Positions 9,704-19,269 of a DNA stretch of 64,000 bases are shown one piece after another. How positions within the stretch are numbered: the first letter of the stretch is position 1; each line of letters begins with the position of its first letter. A program made the position numbers and the translations under genes. The stretch is taken from contig OZ219750.1 of NCBI GenBank assembly GCA_964291315.2, positions 384,001 to 448,000 on the forward strand. The letters are read 5' to 3'. This stretch comes from Candidatus Poribacteria bacterium. Its GTDB lineage: Bacteria; Poribacteria; WGA-4E; WGA-3G. The notes below the pieces were generated by a model, which saw only the letters and a program-made list of their open reading frames with translations, searched no databases and was not told the DNA's origin.

Positions 9704-10945
9704 TTATCGCTTGCTTGTGTTTCCATGTTTGCACTGATTGCCAATTGTTATTTTTTTTTCAATCTGTGTGTAGACGTGCTCTAAGCGTTCCCCGATGACC
9801 TCCCAGCTATAGTTGGTTTCGACACGGTTTCTAGCAGTTTGGGCGATATTTTCTCGCAGTTGTTTATTGTCTAGCAGGTGGATAACCTCTTCGGCAAAGG
9901 CTTTCGGTGTATCGGCGACGCGTAACTCTTTCCCAATTTCTGCCTGTAATCCCATTGCCCCGACAGAAGTTGTGACGACGGGCACTTTCATTGCCATTGC
10001 TTCCAAATTTTTGGTTTGTATTCCTGATCCGGCGCGTAAAGGTGCGACAAAAACGGACGCTTCTTCGAAATACGGACGGACATCGGGGACGTGCCCGGTA
10101 ACGACGATGCTGTTATGTGTCCTAAGCCGCTGTACCTGATCAGATGGATGATTTCCTACGATGTAAAAACGCGCTTTAGGATGCTGTTCTCGAACGCGTG
10201 GGAAAATTTCGTTGCAGAAATAGATCGCGGCGTCCGAGTTCGGAAAATAGTTCATTGTTCCAGTAAAAAGCAGCATCGGCGAAGCGGAGGGCTGGGTGTG
10301 TAGGCTTGGATTCGGTCGGAAATATCCGAGGTCAACCCCCATCGGAACGATCGATAAATTGAGGCTATTGTCCTGCTTCAACAGATAGTCTCGGTCGAAA
10401 TGTGCGACGACGGTGCCGCAGTCAAAAGCCTTCATAATGGTGATTTCATAGCGCCGTACTCGCTGCTCCTCCAATTTTACCAAAAAACGTTTTGCAATAC
10501 AATCTAAATTTGCGCGTCGGTTGAGATTGAGCGCCAGAGAATCACACAAATCTAAAACTTTTGCTGGGGCTTGTGCGTCCGTCACGTATTGTCCCATTCG
10601 GAAGAGTTGTGCATGAATAAGCTCGAAGCGTTCTTCTGACAGAATTTGGTTAACCTTACGTTGCATCTGTGGGGCGTACCAGTAGTGCAGCTGAAGTGGG
10701 TGCTTCGATAAGCAGTGAAGTCCGGTATTCAAGAATGCAAAATAACGATGGAAACGCACCCACTCTACCCGTTCACAAAAGGATTCCAAGTGTTTCGCTG
10801 ATTCAATATCGCTCTCGGATTCAGCAAAATAAACGAGCGTTATAGCATGTTGTTTCGAAAGCTGCTTGATAAAGTGGTACGACCGAATCCTGTCGCCTCG
10901 ATGTGGTGGGTACGGGCACCGGAGGCTTAAAAATAAAATTTTCAT
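9704..10945 (-). CDS. GT4 glycosyltransferase (EPS-associated sugar-transferase type)
   Basis: PYPPHRGDRIR N-terminus, FTGTMNYFPN and GIQTKNLEAMA motifs. Confidence 0.88.
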   Translation of the reverse strand: MKILFLSLRCPYPPHRGDRIRSYHFIKQLSKQHAITLVYFAESESDIESAKHLESFCERVEWVRFHRYFAFLNTGLHCLSKHPLQLHYWYAPQMQRKVNQILSEERFELIHAQLFRMGQYVTDAQAPAKVLDLCDSLALNLNRRANLDCIAKRFLVKLEEQRVRRYEITIMKAFDCGTVVAHFDRDYLLKQDNSLNLSIVPMGVDLGYFRPNPSLHTQPSASPMLLFTGTMNYFPNSDAAIYFCNEIFPRVREQHPKARFYIVGNHPSDQVQRLRTHNSIVVTGHVPDVRPYFEEASVFVAPLRAGSGIQTKNLEAMAMKVPVVTTSVGAMGLQAEIGKELRVADTPKAFAEEVIHLLDNKQLRENIAQTARNRVETNYSWEVIGERLEHVYTQIEKKITIGNQCKHGNTSKR

Positions 10946-10978
10946 TTCTGATAGTCGGTGTCTGCTGAGATATGTTTA

Positions 10979-11173
10979 TTATTCTTCGGGCAGCTCGGCT
11001 TCATCAATCAGCATGACTGGAATGCCGTCGCGAATTGGATAACGGCGCTTGCATTCCCCGAGGCATACTAGTTTCTGCTGTTTTTCGATATGTTTTATCT
11101 CACCTCTACATGCCGGACATGCTAGGATGTCAAGTAAAGTTTTAGAGAGTGTATATGGGGTTTCAGAGTTCAA
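10979..11173 (-). CDS. Trm112/YcaR family protein
   Basis: LLDILACPACRG...YPIRDGIPVMLIDEA signature. Confidence 0.9.
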   Translation of the reverse strand: MNSETPYTLSKTLLDILACPACRGEIKHIEKQQKLVCLGECKRRYPIRDGIPVMLIDEAELPEE

Positions 11174-11322
11174 ACGGATTCTCCATTTGTTGATTTTTGG
11201 CTGTCAAGTTTTCGGTTCCTGTACTTCCTGCGATCAATAAAGAGATATTTGTGGTGGTTGCAAACGTATGTAATACCGGCAGTAAGTGGGTTGTTGATAT
11301 GATAGCCGCTGGCTGACCTGCA

Positions 11323-14112
11323 TTATCTACCGTGGCACCGCTTATACTTCTTGCCGCTTCCACAGGGGCAGGGTGCATTTCTGCCGACTTTTGGCATGGT
11401 ACCCATCGCTTGTTGTGAGGCGAATTCGGCATCGGCACTGTCTGAGGTTGCTTGCCGGTTTCGAGACCTCCTCGGTTGAGGATTACGAGGTTTCCCTGTT
11501 TGGCGACTCGGAGCACGGCGAGGTGCTTCGGTATTAACGCGAGACTTGAATATGAATTCGCTAACTTCTTCCTCAATATGCTGGTACATACTCTCAAAAA
11601 CAGCTAGTGCCTCGTTCTTGAAGACGACGATTGGGTCTTTACCGCCGTAGCCTGCTCCGAACCGGATGCCCTCTTCAATGTAGTCGATATTATAGAGGTG
11701 ATCCTTCCAGTGATCGTCTATTCTATCGAGCAGGAGCAACCGTTCGAGAAGGCGCATCATCTCTGCTCCCATTTCGGATTCGCGTTCCTCATACGCGATG
11801 CGTAATGCCTCCAAGGTCTGCTCTTGGACCTCATCCAGACTTGCTTGTGCTAAAGGCGTTTTCCAAGTCGGCGCAATTGGAAAAGTGTTGGTTAGCCACT
11901 GTTCGAATCTGTCTGGGGTCTCGAAGGTGTCTCCTTTTTCCGACACATTATCGTCGATGGAGTCTGCGACGACTCTCTCAATCATTTCCCAAATTGTGGA
12001 CTTAAGGCTGCCGTGGATTTTGATCTCTTTTTCAGCGAGTGTTGTGAGACCTCCACCTTCTGCTGAATTCCCGTCTTCTGGCGATTCTGCCGAGTCCGTG
12101 CCGGAAACGAGAACGGTATCGCGCAAGGTATAGATGGTGTCGCGTTGTGAATCCATGACATCATCAAATTTGAGGAGGTTTTTGCGGATTTCAAAATGCA
12201 TCTGCTCAACGCGGGTTTGCGCTTTCTCGATGGATTTGGTGACCCAGGGGTGTTCCAAGGGGACCTCTTCGTCCATTCCGACACGTGTCATTAACCCTTG
12301 CAAGCGCTCGGATCCGAATTTCCGCATCAATTCATCTTCAAGAGAGAGGTAAAATCGCGATGAGCCGGGGTCGCCTTGTCTCCCGGATCGTCCGCGGAGC
12401 TGGTTGTCGATACGTCTTGACTCGTGTCGTTCTGTGCCGACGATATGGAGGCCGCCAGCGGCTAGTACTTCTTCTCGGTTTTTGTTACAAATCGCTTCCG
12501 CTTTTGCGAGAGCCGTCTGGTATTCTTCGGATTCTGGGGAGAGGGCATCTACTTTAACTTTCTGTTTGCGGAGCATTTCGGTTGCTAGACCTTCGGCATT
12601 GCCGCCGAGAAGGATGTCTACACCTCTACCAGCCATATTGGTAGCGATTGTAACGGCTCCCGGGATGCCTGCTTGTGCGATAATATCCGCTTCGTGTGCA
12701 TGCTCTTTGGCGTTCAAAACTTGATGTCGGATGTTTCGATGTTTAGCTCTGAGCATTTTGCTTAATTTCTCGGAATTTTCGATGGAAACTGTGCCGACAA
12801 GGACAGGCCGTCCGTTTTCATGCTGCTCGACGATGTCTTGTAAGACGGACTTGTATTTTCCTTCTTCGGTTTTATAAATCTGGTCGGGGTTGTCTATCCG
12901 AATCATCGGTTCGTTTGTTGGTATAACGGTCACTTCTAATCCGTAGATGTGTGCGAACTCGTTTGCCTCTGTGGCGGCGGTTCCAGTCATACCTGCGAGT
13001 TTATCGTACATCCGGAAATAGTTTTGGTAGGTAATCTTGGCACCGGTTTGGTTTTCCTGAAGGATTCTAACGCGTTCTTTTGCTTCAATCGCTTGGTGGA
13101 GCCCTTCGCTTAGGCGTCTACCGACTTGTTTGCGTCCTGTGAATTCATCGACGAGGAGGACTTCTCCGTTTTCAACAAGGTAATCAACGTCGCGTTTGTA
13201 GAGATGGTGTGCGCTGAGTGCTTGATTGACATGGTGCACCATAGCGATATTGGTGTGTTCATAGAGGTTTCCTACGCCGAGGTGTCGTTCGACTTCTTCG
13301 ACGCCTTCGTCGGTGAGGGTTACACTACCGCGTGATTTCCCTTGTTGATCTATTTGGAAGTGTTCATCTTTACGGAGCTCGGTGACGACGCTGTTGATTT
13401 GTTTGTAGAGGTCAGCGGGTTTGCCGGAGGGTTCTGAAATGATGAGCGGTGTGCGTGCTTCGTCGATGAGGATGCTATCGACTTCATCAAGGATAGCGTA
13501 GACGTGTCCGCGTTGCACCTTTGCCTCAAACGAAAGTGCCTTGTTATCCCAGAGGTAATCGAATCCGAATTCGCTGTGAACGCCGTAGGTAATGTCTGCT
13601 TTGTAGCCGAGTCGTTTTTGTTCGTGAGGCATCTGGCTGAGTGTTAATCCTACGGAGAGTCCGAGGAAGTTATAAATCTTCCCCATCCATTCCGCGTCGC
13701 GGCGAGCGAGATAGTCATTGACGGTTGCGAGATGTACGCCTTTTCCTGTTAGTGCGTTGAGATAGACAGCAAGGGTTGAGGTGAGCGTTTTACCTTCGCC
13801 TGTCCGCATCTCAGCGATATTGCCTTGGTGGAGCGCGATGCCACCCATGATTTGCACATCATAATGTCGTTGTTTCAACGTCCGAACTGCGGCTTCTCGG
13901 ACGACAGCGAATGCCTCTGGTAAGATAGCATCAAGCGACTCGCCAGCATCTAATTGTTGACGGAGAGCTGGTGTTTTGGATTGCAGCTGTGTGTCTGTGA
14001 GTTTTTTGAGTGCGGGTTCGTGCTGATTGACGGCTTCAACAGTGGCCCGAAACTTTTTAACATCCCGGTCTTCTTTGCTACCAAATACTTTGGTTATCAC
14101 TTTTTGGAACAT
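11323..14112 (-). CDS. secA: Preprotein translocase ATPase SecA
   Basis: [62 protein letters not shown] and C-terminal [14 protein letters not shown]. Start set at MFQKVITK. Confidence 0.98.
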   Translation of the reverse strand: MFQKVITKVFGSKEDRDVKKFRATVEAVNQHEPALKKLTDTQLQSKTPALRQQLDAGESLDAILPEAFAVVREAAVRTLKQRHYDVQIMGGIALHQGNIAEMRTGEGKTLTSTLAVYLNALTGKGVHLATVNDYLARRDAEWMGKIYNFLGLSVGLTLSQMPHEQKRLGYKADITYGVHSEFGFDYLWDNKALSFEAKVQRGHVYAILDEVDSILIDEARTPLIISEPSGKPADLYKQINSVVTELRKDEHFQIDQQGKSRGSVTLTDEGVEEVERHLGVGNLYEHTNIAMVHHVNQALSAHHLYKRDVDYLVENGEVLLVDEFTGRKQVGRRLSEGLHQAIEAKERVRILQENQTGAKITYQNYFRMYDKLAGMTGTAATEANEFAHIYGLEVTVIPTNEPMIRIDNPDQIYKTEEGKYKSVLQDIVEQHENGRPVLVGTVSIENSEKLSKMLRAKHRNIRHQVLNAKEHAHEADIIAQAGIPGAVTIATNMAGRGVDILLGGNAEGLATEMLRKQKVKVDALSPESEEYQTALAKAEAICNKNREEVLAAGGLHIVGTERHESRRIDNQLRGRSGRQGDPGSSRFYLSLEDELMRKFGSERLQGLMTRVGMDEEVPLEHPWVTKSIEKAQTRVEQMHFEIRKNLLKFDDVMDSQRDTIYTLRDTVLVSGTDSAESPEDGNSAEGGGLTTLAEKEIKIHGSLKSTIWEMIERVVADSIDDNVSEKGDTFETPDRFEQWLTNTFPIAPTWKTPLAQASLDEVQEQTLEALRIAYEERESEMGAEMMRLLERLLLLDRIDDHWKDHLYNIDYIEEGIRFGAGYGGKDPIVVFKNEALAVFESMYQHIEEEVSEFIFKSRVNTEAPRRAPSRQTGKPRNPQPRRSRNRQATSDSADAEFASQQAMGTMPKVGRNAPCPCGSGKKYKRCHGR

Positions 14113-14237
14113 AGTCGTTATCCTATTGTAAAGGGTTCGGTTGTCAGAAACGGGCATCTTTCTGACCTATAACCGGTGCAAGAAATCTCTGGTTTTTAAG
14201 CCTTTGGTCGGCAAGCACGAAAACCCTACCCTTAATT

Positions 14238-15377
14238 CTATATCTCTGTCGGTTCTGGGTCGAGGTGGACTAACAAATTCTGTCCGTCTATTTTCTTACG
14301 TAATATCGTATAAATCACCGTATTTCCAACAGAGGCGATTGAAAACACATGAGCGACAACGAGTGCTGCCCCGATGAGTATTGTGATTGTCAGAAAAATA
14401 GCCGCCACTGTTGTTGTGAGAGCTGCACTTTCTTGTGTGCCCCTGCTGATGTCGAAGACACCGAAAGCGTTGATATAAGGGAGTGCTGCTAACTTTTCGA
14501 TAGCGCCACTGAGCCAGCCGTTTGCATGGCTCATAAAAGTTTTCATCTCTTCGGCGTGTAGGAGGCATATCGGGAGCATCACAAGCGAGAAACCGTAGAG
14601 ACAAAAAAACGCCCAGATAGGGACAAAGATAAGTTTGATAAGAAACACCAGTACTTCATAGCACACTGCATGCCACGGTTTGTTCCAAACGATGGCGAAT
14701 TGCTGATAAATTGTTTCAAATGCATCTGCCCCTGTTGTAGCGACGACAACGGGCACAAAGAGCAGGCTTACACTGAGGACCACTGTGATTAATGCTATCA
14801 GCACACCGAAGAGGAAACCGATCGGCATGAACACGGAGGCGAGCGTGAGAAACGGTTTACCGATTATCGGCAGCTTTCCAAGTCCGGCGACCCCGAGGGG
14901 TATTAACGTCAGAAATATTAGGATGAAGAGTAAGCCGATGAACGCACCCAAAACGGATTTCCAGTGTGCTTTTAGGAATGTTACAGCATCCGCCACCGGA
15001 AAGAAGAAGTCTCCACGAAGTTGTTCAACTGTTATTTTGGAAACTACCGTGCTTGCGAAAAAAAAGATACAAGCGAAACTTATTGTGCCTATCCACATCG
15101 CGATTTCAGTTATTTGTGTGAGTTCCGCGTCCCCGAAGGGTGTTACCGGTAGGAGCCCGTGCTGGTTCCAAAAGTCTTGTACTGCGGTTTCTCCGATGGT
15201 GAAGAGACTGAGATATACCAAGATTTCATAAGTCAGGTACGCGAGCAGGAGTCCAATAAAATGGACGCAGATTTTTCGTCCGCTGAATCCGTAGCGGATA
15301 ACTTGAAAAATATCTCTGAAATCGAAATAACATTTTTCCATTTTTCCATGTAGGAATTCTTCTATAATTTTACTCAC
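14238..15377 (-). CDS. Polytopic membrane protein, function unknown
   Basis: 379-aa ORF with several long hydrophobic segments and a promoter-like element immediately upstream. Confidence 0.75.
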   Translation of the reverse strand: MSKIIEEFLHGKMEKCYFDFRDIFQVIRYGFSGRKICVHFIGLLLAYLTYEILVYLSLFTIGETAVQDFWNQHGLLPVTPFGDAELTQITEIAMWIGTISFACIFFFASTVVSKITVEQLRGDFFFPVADAVTFLKAHWKSVLGAFIGLLFILIFLTLIPLGVAGLGKLPIIGKPFLTLASVFMPIGFLFGVLIALITVVLSVSLLFVPVVVATTGADAFETIYQQFAIVWNKPWHAVCYEVLVFLIKLIFVPIWAFFCLYGFSLVMLPICLLHAEEMKTFMSHANGWLSGAIEKLAALPYINAFGVFDISRGTQESAALTTTVAAIFLTITILIGAALVVAHVFSIASVGNTVIYTILRKKIDGQNLLVHLDPEPTEI

Positions 15378-15388
15378 TTTGTATCTTA

Positions 15389-15418
15389 ATGATACTACAA
15401 TTTGCGCGGTTCTGTCAA
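15389..15418 (-). promoter_or_regulatory. Sigma-70-type promoter
   Basis: TTGACA-18 bp-TATCAT on the minus strand just upstream of the 15377 start. Confidence 0.55.
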
Positions 15419-15535
15419 ATCTTTATTTTCGTGGTTAGGGTTGTCTCTTTTTCCATTTTGTTGATTTTGGTAGGAGGAACTAGCAGCTGGAGGGTTACTC
15501 CTCCAAAAATTGTCGGGGTTCATGAATGGGGCTGT

Positions 15536-16276
15536 TTAGTTATCGGTTATGGATTGTCGGTTTTCAGTTGTAGGTGCAACGACTTTGGCGGTGACAGGGA
15601 AAGTCAAAGTACGTTCGTTGGGGAACGCTACAGTGAGTAAGGATGTGAAGTGTCCCCTGTTTGTCAGGGGGCCCAGCTGAATAGTAATAAGGGCGGTATC
15701 TGGTGCCATTTTCCATGTTAGGTTTGGATGGTTTGATGGCAAGAGCCGGATAGCGGCTCTGTTAAGTGGGGCATGGACGGCAAGGGTAAAGGTTTTTTGA
15801 TGGCGGGTCTCGAGTTGAATATCCCCGAAATCGCAGACATCGGGGGTAAGCACTGCGAACCGTTTTGCAGCAGCGATGATCGTCAAATGGACAGTCGGGG
15901 TTTTCGAACTGTCTGTAAAAAAGGTCGCTGTTACTGAAGTCTCGTCGTCAGGTAGGAATTCTGGGTTGATGGTTATCTGGAAGGTCACTTCTGTCTTTGG
16001 TGGAATCGCCCCTGGTGCTGTGATTTCGGCATAACTGCACCCTATATGGACGTTTTGAATGTGAAATGCGTTTTTACTAGTGTTTCGTGCTATTAGGGAC
16101 CGTGTTACGGGGCCTTCCCATTCTCGGAGGATTCCGAAGTCAATAGCGTACTGTTCTAGAGCTAGTTCGGGTGCAGGATACTGCGGGTTGTTGATGAGGA
16201 CGATAATAAGCCCAGAGATCAGGAGAGTCGGTATAATAACGGTTGTGAGGATTGTGCGTTTGGACATAGTTTGCAT
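15536..16276 (-). CDS. DUF1573-like Ig-fold membrane-anchored protein
   Basis: N-terminal TM, then IDFG...ARNTSK...VHIGCSY...IPPKTEVTFQITI and a second CDFGDI repeat. Start chosen downstream of the promoter. Confidence 0.7.
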   Translation of the reverse strand: MQTMSKRTILTTVIIPTLLISGLIIVLINNPQYPAPELALEQYAIDFGILREWEGPVTRSLIARNTSKNAFHIQNVHIGCSYAEITAPGAIPPKTEVTFQITINPEFLPDDETSVTATFFTDSSKTPTVHLTIIAAAKRFAVLTPDVCDFGDIQLETRHQKTFTLAVHAPLNRAAIRLLPSNHPNLTWKMAPDTALITIQLGPLTNRGHFTSLLTVAFPNERTLTFPVTAKVVAPTTENRQSITDN

Positions 16277-16284
16277 CAATATAT

Positions 16285-16313
16285 ATTGTATCACTCTTCA
16301 GCAAAATAGACAA
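16285..16313 (-). promoter_or_regulatory. Promoter TTGTCT-17-TACAAT, possibly for a leaderless mRNA
   Basis: Minus-strand hexamers with 17-bp spacing. The -10 ends about 9 nt before ATG 16276. Confidence 0.5.
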
Positions 16314-16321
16314 TTTTTTTC

Positions 16322-16876
16322 TTGCGTATCGGAGAAAGCGACCCCCGGCAGAGAGATGCGTTCGTCTGTGAGGTCGTCTATTTTCTATATGATACGGGTC
16401 CCCGCTCGAACTTGGCGCAGTGGATAGAGCTCTACAACAGTTCTATGAGCGAGACGATAGACCTTGCGGGCTGGGAGTTAGAAATCCGCAACGAGCGGAC
16501 AGTGACTGGTTCGTATGTCAATGCGAAGTTCACATTTGATGCGGACACGTATCTGCCGCCGAATCAGACGTTGCTGCTGGTGTGGAACAATAGTGCGAAC
16601 GATGTTGCGGAGAACTACGTTTATAACTTGCAGGAGAATCACGGGAGTGCTCTGGGTTTGACAATGCGGGGGCGGCTACTGCTGAGTGCGGAGAGTTTCT
16701 ACCTGGAGCTGCGTGCAAAGGTCAGCGGAGGCGCTCCGACGGTTATGGACACAGCCGGCAACCTTGAGATAGCAGGGACGGTGCGCACCCAGGCGTGGGA
16801 TCTGCCCGAGCGCGGTGAGATGCGGATGTCTACTGTCCGTAGTGAAATATCTCTGAATGTTGCGTTTTTGGCTTGA
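16322..16876 (+). pseudogene. Fragment of a lamin-tail-domain (LTD) surface protein
   Basis: YDTGPRSNLAQWIELYNSS...IDLAGWELEIRN...LPPNQTLLLV resembles an LTD. No convincing start, RBS or signal peptide, abrupt end, and higher GC than the flanks. Confidence 0.6.
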
Positions 16877-16981
16877 CTATGCATGTGTTATGTGTTATGT
16901 TACTATCATTGACGCGACTCTATGGAATTTATCACATTTTCGTTAGATGTGTCTATTATCGGCAAATTAGAGGAGGTACCT

Positions 16982-18331
16982 ATGTTAACGGCGATCAGTG
17001 TAAGTATAAATATTTCCGTGTTAGTGTTCGTTGCCTATCTATTGAGATTGGCTGTCAAGCAAAAGCGGAGACTGGATCGGTTTCAAGGGGTAGTTGACGT
17101 GGAGGCAGAGCATGCCAGGACAAAGGGTGTGCTTGAGGCAGAGAAATCTGAAATTAATAGGGCGTTAACTAAATTATACCAAAAACGGGATGAGGTCCTA
17201 GAAGAGAAGTCGCAGGCTGAAAGTAAGCTGGCATCTCTAAATAAGCAATTGACGACTCTTGAGGATGAAGTGAATATACAGAATCATGGGTTGTATCAGC
17301 CGAAATACGATCTTGAATTCTCGACTGAATTGAAGAATAGGCTTGATCGGACCCGCAAAAATCAGAAATTAATGATTCGGAAAAAAACGGCTGTCATCTG
17401 TTCAACTAACTGGACTGTTGACGGTAGCAAGGCCTCTGGCACGAAAATGGCCAACAGACAAATCCAATTGATGGCGCGCGCCTTTAATGGTGAATGTGAT
17501 TCAGTAATCCCAAAGGTGCGTTATAATAATTATTGGCGTATAGTAGATCGAATGACAGAAGCCTATCGTGCTATTAACAAACTTGGAGAACTACAGAGTT
17601 GTAGAATACAAGAATCTTACTTCAATTTGAAGATAGAAGAACTTGCGGTTGTCCATGAATATCAAGAACAACTCCAATTTGAGAAAGAGGAAAAGCAGCG
17701 GATTAAGGAACAAATCAGAGAGGATCAGCGCGCTCAGCGCGAGCTGAAAAAGGCACTATTGGAGATAGAGAAAGAGGAGAAGCGTTACCAGAAGGCTATG
17801 GAGAAGGCACGGCAAGACATCGAGCATGCGTCCGGAAAAACACAGAAAAGGTTGCAATTGGAGATTCAACGACTCAACGGATTGTTGCGGGAAACACAGA
17901 AGAATAGAGAGCGAGCAATGTCTCGTGTACAGATGACTCAGGCTGGCCACGTTTATATCATTTCCAACATCGGTTCGTTTGGGGAAAACATTTACAAAAT
18001 CGGGATGACCCGCCGATTGGAACCCACTGATAGTGTAAGAGAGCTTGGAGATGATTCTGTGCCGTTCCATTTTGATATTCACGCGATGATTTACTCAGAA
18101 GACGCATCTGCCCTTGAAAATCATTTGCATGGATGTCTTGAAGAGCGAAGTGTCAATCGCATTAACGTTCGCTGCGGCTTTTTCAATGTCAGGCTTGAGG
18201 AGATTGAGAAACTCGTTCGGGAGTATAATACGGATGCCCATTTTATTCGAGTGCCGCCCGCGGAGGAATTCAGAAAAACAGAATCGATTGTTGCTCAGGA
18301 GAGGAGTGAAGATTCTGGCGTCCCACAGTGA
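16982..18331 (+). CDS. DUF4041 + T5orf172/MUG113 (GIY-YIG-like) coiled-coil protein
   Basis: N-terminal TM, coiled coil, RAFNGECD (DUF4041) and GHVYIISNIGSFGENIYKIGMTRRLEP...VPFHFDIHAMIYS. AGGAGG precedes ATG 16982. Confidence 0.88.
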   Translation: MLTAISVSINISVLVFVAYLLRLAVKQKRRLDRFQGVVDVEAEHARTKGVLEAEKSEINRALTKLYQKRDEVLEEKSQAESKLASLNKQLTTLEDEVNIQNHGLYQPKYDLEFSTELKNRLDRTRKNQKLMIRKKTAVICSTNWTVDGSKASGTKMANRQIQLMARAFNGECDSVIPKVRYNNYWRIVDRMTEAYRAINKLGELQSCRIQESYFNLKIEELAVVHEYQEQLQFEKEEKQRIKEQIREDQRAQRELKKALLEIEKEEKRYQKAMEKARQDIEHASGKTQKRLQLEIQRLNGLLRETQKNRERAMSRVQMTQAGHVYIISNIGSFGENIYKIGMTRRLEPTDSVRELGDDSVPFHFDIHAMIYSEDASALENHLHGCLEERSVNRINVRCGFFNVRLEEIEKLVREYNTDAHFIRVPPAEEFRKTESIVAQERSEDSGVPQ

Positions 18332-18372
18332 CAAAAGATTGCTACAGCAGGCAATTTTTTAGGGGGTTAGGG

Positions 18373-19161
18373 ATGTCCATTAAAACAGTAGAAAAGGACT
18401 TTATTGATAAAGTCTCGGAGAAAATTAAGCTTTCAGCCGAGGGCAACGAACGTTTTCGTGTATTGAACCCTTTCCAATTCGAAGATGGCGATCAGTTAGT
18501 CATTGTCCTAAAAAGAGAGGGTAAGCGATGGATACTTTCCGACGAGGCACATACCTATATGCATCTCACCTATGAGATTGATGAGCGCCATCTGCATAAA
18601 GGGGAACGCCAGAAGATTATCTTAAACGCCCTTTCCATGTTTGATGTTGAAGATCGCAACGGGGAGTTAATACTTGATGTGTCCGATGGACATTATGGGG
18701 ACGCACTTTACGACTTTGTTCAGGCGCTTCTTAAGATAATAGACGTGTCATACCTGTCAAAAGAACGTGTTAGATCTACGTTTATAGAAGATTTTCGCGC
18801 AGTGTTGCATGAGCTGTTACATAAAAAGTTATCATATCCGAAAGAACGTGTGTTTTTTGATTGGTCGCATCGAAAGCTCGATCCACAGAAAAATTATAGG
18901 GTAGATTGTCGAATTAATGGGATGCCCGATTCTCTTTTTGTGTGCGCTCTTGCTAATGATAATAGGGCTCGTGATGCTACGATCGCATTACATCGGTTCA
19001 GAGAGTGGGGAGTGCCTTTTCGCCCACTAGGTATCATCAAAGATTCAAAAGCTATTAGTAATAGTGTATTGGCTCGTTTCGGCGATGTGTGCCAGCACTA
19101 TTTCATAGGTATAGATGAAAGCTACGCAAGTATTGCACACTATATAGATGAGAATACCTGA
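18373..19161 (+). CDS. DUF1828-family protein (possible C-terminal DUF1829/PD-(D/E)XK-like domain)
   Basis: NPFQFEDGDQLVIVLK...WILSDEAHTYMHL is typical of DUF1828. C-terminal YRVDCRING. Confidence 0.75.
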   Translation: MSIKTVEKDFIDKVSEKIKLSAEGNERFRVLNPFQFEDGDQLVIVLKREGKRWILSDEAHTYMHLTYEIDERHLHKGERQKIILNALSMFDVEDRNGELILDVSDGHYGDALYDFVQALLKIIDVSYLSKERVRSTFIEDFRAVLHELLHKKLSYPKERVFFDWSHRKLDPQKNYRVDCRINGMPDSLFVCALANDNRARDATIALHRFREWGVPFRPLGIIKDSKAISNSVLARFGDVCQHYFIGIDESYASIAHYIDENT

Positions 19162-19269
19162 AGTGATATATCGCCGCCACAATCTTTTGCGTAATAAGCG
19201 ATGGAATTCCTTGTTGGAGATAGACTTTATTTTTTGGAGATAAATTGTATAGTTTAAATAGGGAGCGTC

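Noticed and set aside
11163-11597. 144-aa ORF overlapping the secA 3' end
   Set aside because: Alternative frame over secA and intergenic DNA, with no recognisable features.
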